From Pristiophorus japonicus (lineage: Eukaryota): 64,000 nt of DNA. Location of the stretch: NCBI RefSeq assembly GCF_044704955.1, contig NC_091979.1, forward strand, positions 320,974,001-321,038,000, given 5' to 3'. The translations under genes were made by a program, and so were the position numbers. This document shows positions 62,880-64,000 of the stretch, piece by piece. The number at the start of each line of letters is the position of its first letter. The stretch's first letter is position 1. The notes under the pieces were generated by a model, which made no database searches, was not told the origin of the DNA, and saw nothing but the letters and a program-made list of their open reading frames with translations.

Positions 62880-63740
62880 TAATAAGCCTAGTTGAGTGTT
62901 CTGGTATCAACCAGTCTTCCTGGCAACCTGTTCCAGCTGTTGATCACCCTCTGTGTAAAGAAATAGCTTCTAACATTGGTCCTAAATTTGCTCTTCACAA
63001 CAGGCATGCTGTGCCCTCTTATCCTGCTGTACTGACATATCTGAAAGTTTACTTTTTCTTTTCTACGTCTCTGTTCAAGGCTCTCTTATCAAGTCGTTCT
63101 TCATACACTGGAAATCAGCCTCATTATCCTCCTCTGCACTGCCTCTGGGACATGAACTATACCCTTATGTGGTGGCCGGAACTATAAAAAATATCGCGGA
63201 TATGCCCTGATCAGGACGTTATATAACTTCAACATGCCCTCTGAAGATTTGTACTCATACTGGTTTGGCGATGTAACCTGTCTAATATTTGCTTTGTTTT
63301 TTTGTCACCTCACATTGTTTAGACATAGCTAACAACAAGTTAATTAACATCTCTTTCATTTTCCCTTTCAAGTTCTATACCATATATGGAGTAATTCTAC
63401 CTTGTATTTGTCTACACTGAACTCATTTGTCACTGATCAGCCCAGGTGCAAACTTGTAAGATCCTGGCTGCCTTCTCTGGGTTCACTGTTCCCTCTTGTT
63501 TGGTACTATCTGAAAATGTAACTAATTTGCATTGAGACTGTGATTCAAGGCCATTTATATACAGCAGAAACAGGAGGGGACACAGCATGGATGTATGGAA
63601 CACCGCGTTGAATGCCTCCGCTTGGCCTGTCCTTCTCTGCTTTCATCCCTTTAGCTAGTTCCTCATCCATGTCCATAGGGTACCACTAAAGCCACTTACT
63701 TTAGGTTTTCTCATAATGCCATTTAAACAGTAAGAAATTT
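62880..63740 (-). mobile_element. Highly decayed CR1 RT and 3' fragment
   Basis: Residual similarity to CR1 3' sequence (e.g. ACCCTCTGTGTAAAGAAA; TTTGGTACTATCTGAAAATGT corresponds to KFADDTK). Confidence 0.5.
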
Positions 63741-64000
63741 AAACAATATATCATTCAATGTAAAAAACTTAAATACTTGCATTTATTTTGTTGTCAGTTG
63801 ACACTAAAAGAGAGACTTTTATGTCTAATTTAAACTTGCAGATGCTCACAGTAACTTATGGCACCAAAATTTACAAGAAGAGGAGGACCTATGGAGGGAC
63901 GGCCTGCTGGTACCCACACACCCATACCTGCAATCAAAGGAAGAGCATACTTCACTTTGGCAAATGATTAGTACATGATGAGCCCCTTTTCTCAATGGAA

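Overview
Repeat-rich vertebrate genomic DNA. The repeat families (SacSINE1-like Deu-SINEs, CR1, L2, RTE, Harbinger) suggest a cartilaginous fish (inference). The only recognisable host gene is the 5' end of PCGF5 (Polycomb RING finger, + strand): a CpG-rich promoter at about 8.8-10.6 kb, the first coding exon at 12460-12571, and a transposon-filled intron that runs beyond the window. The window opens with the 3' end of an endogenous retrovirus: an integrase remnant fused to a nearly intact gamma-type env, then a PPT and 3' LTR. Two decayed two-gene PIF/Harbinger transposons, several MITEs and one 547-nt N gap are present. The best novelty candidate is a ~340-bp U2-snRNA-derived, structurally remodelled, poly(A)-tailed and TSD-flanked retroposon at 4776-5132. 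It may be a SINEU-like family or the retrocopy of a variant U2 snRNA. Other notable items are a CRE (TGACGTCA) minisatellite array abutting the PCGF5 promoter, a CR1 apparently mobilised together with a 5' minisatellite, and a shared CWGGTCT Harbinger target motif. All calls were made by eye from the sequence and no database searches were run.
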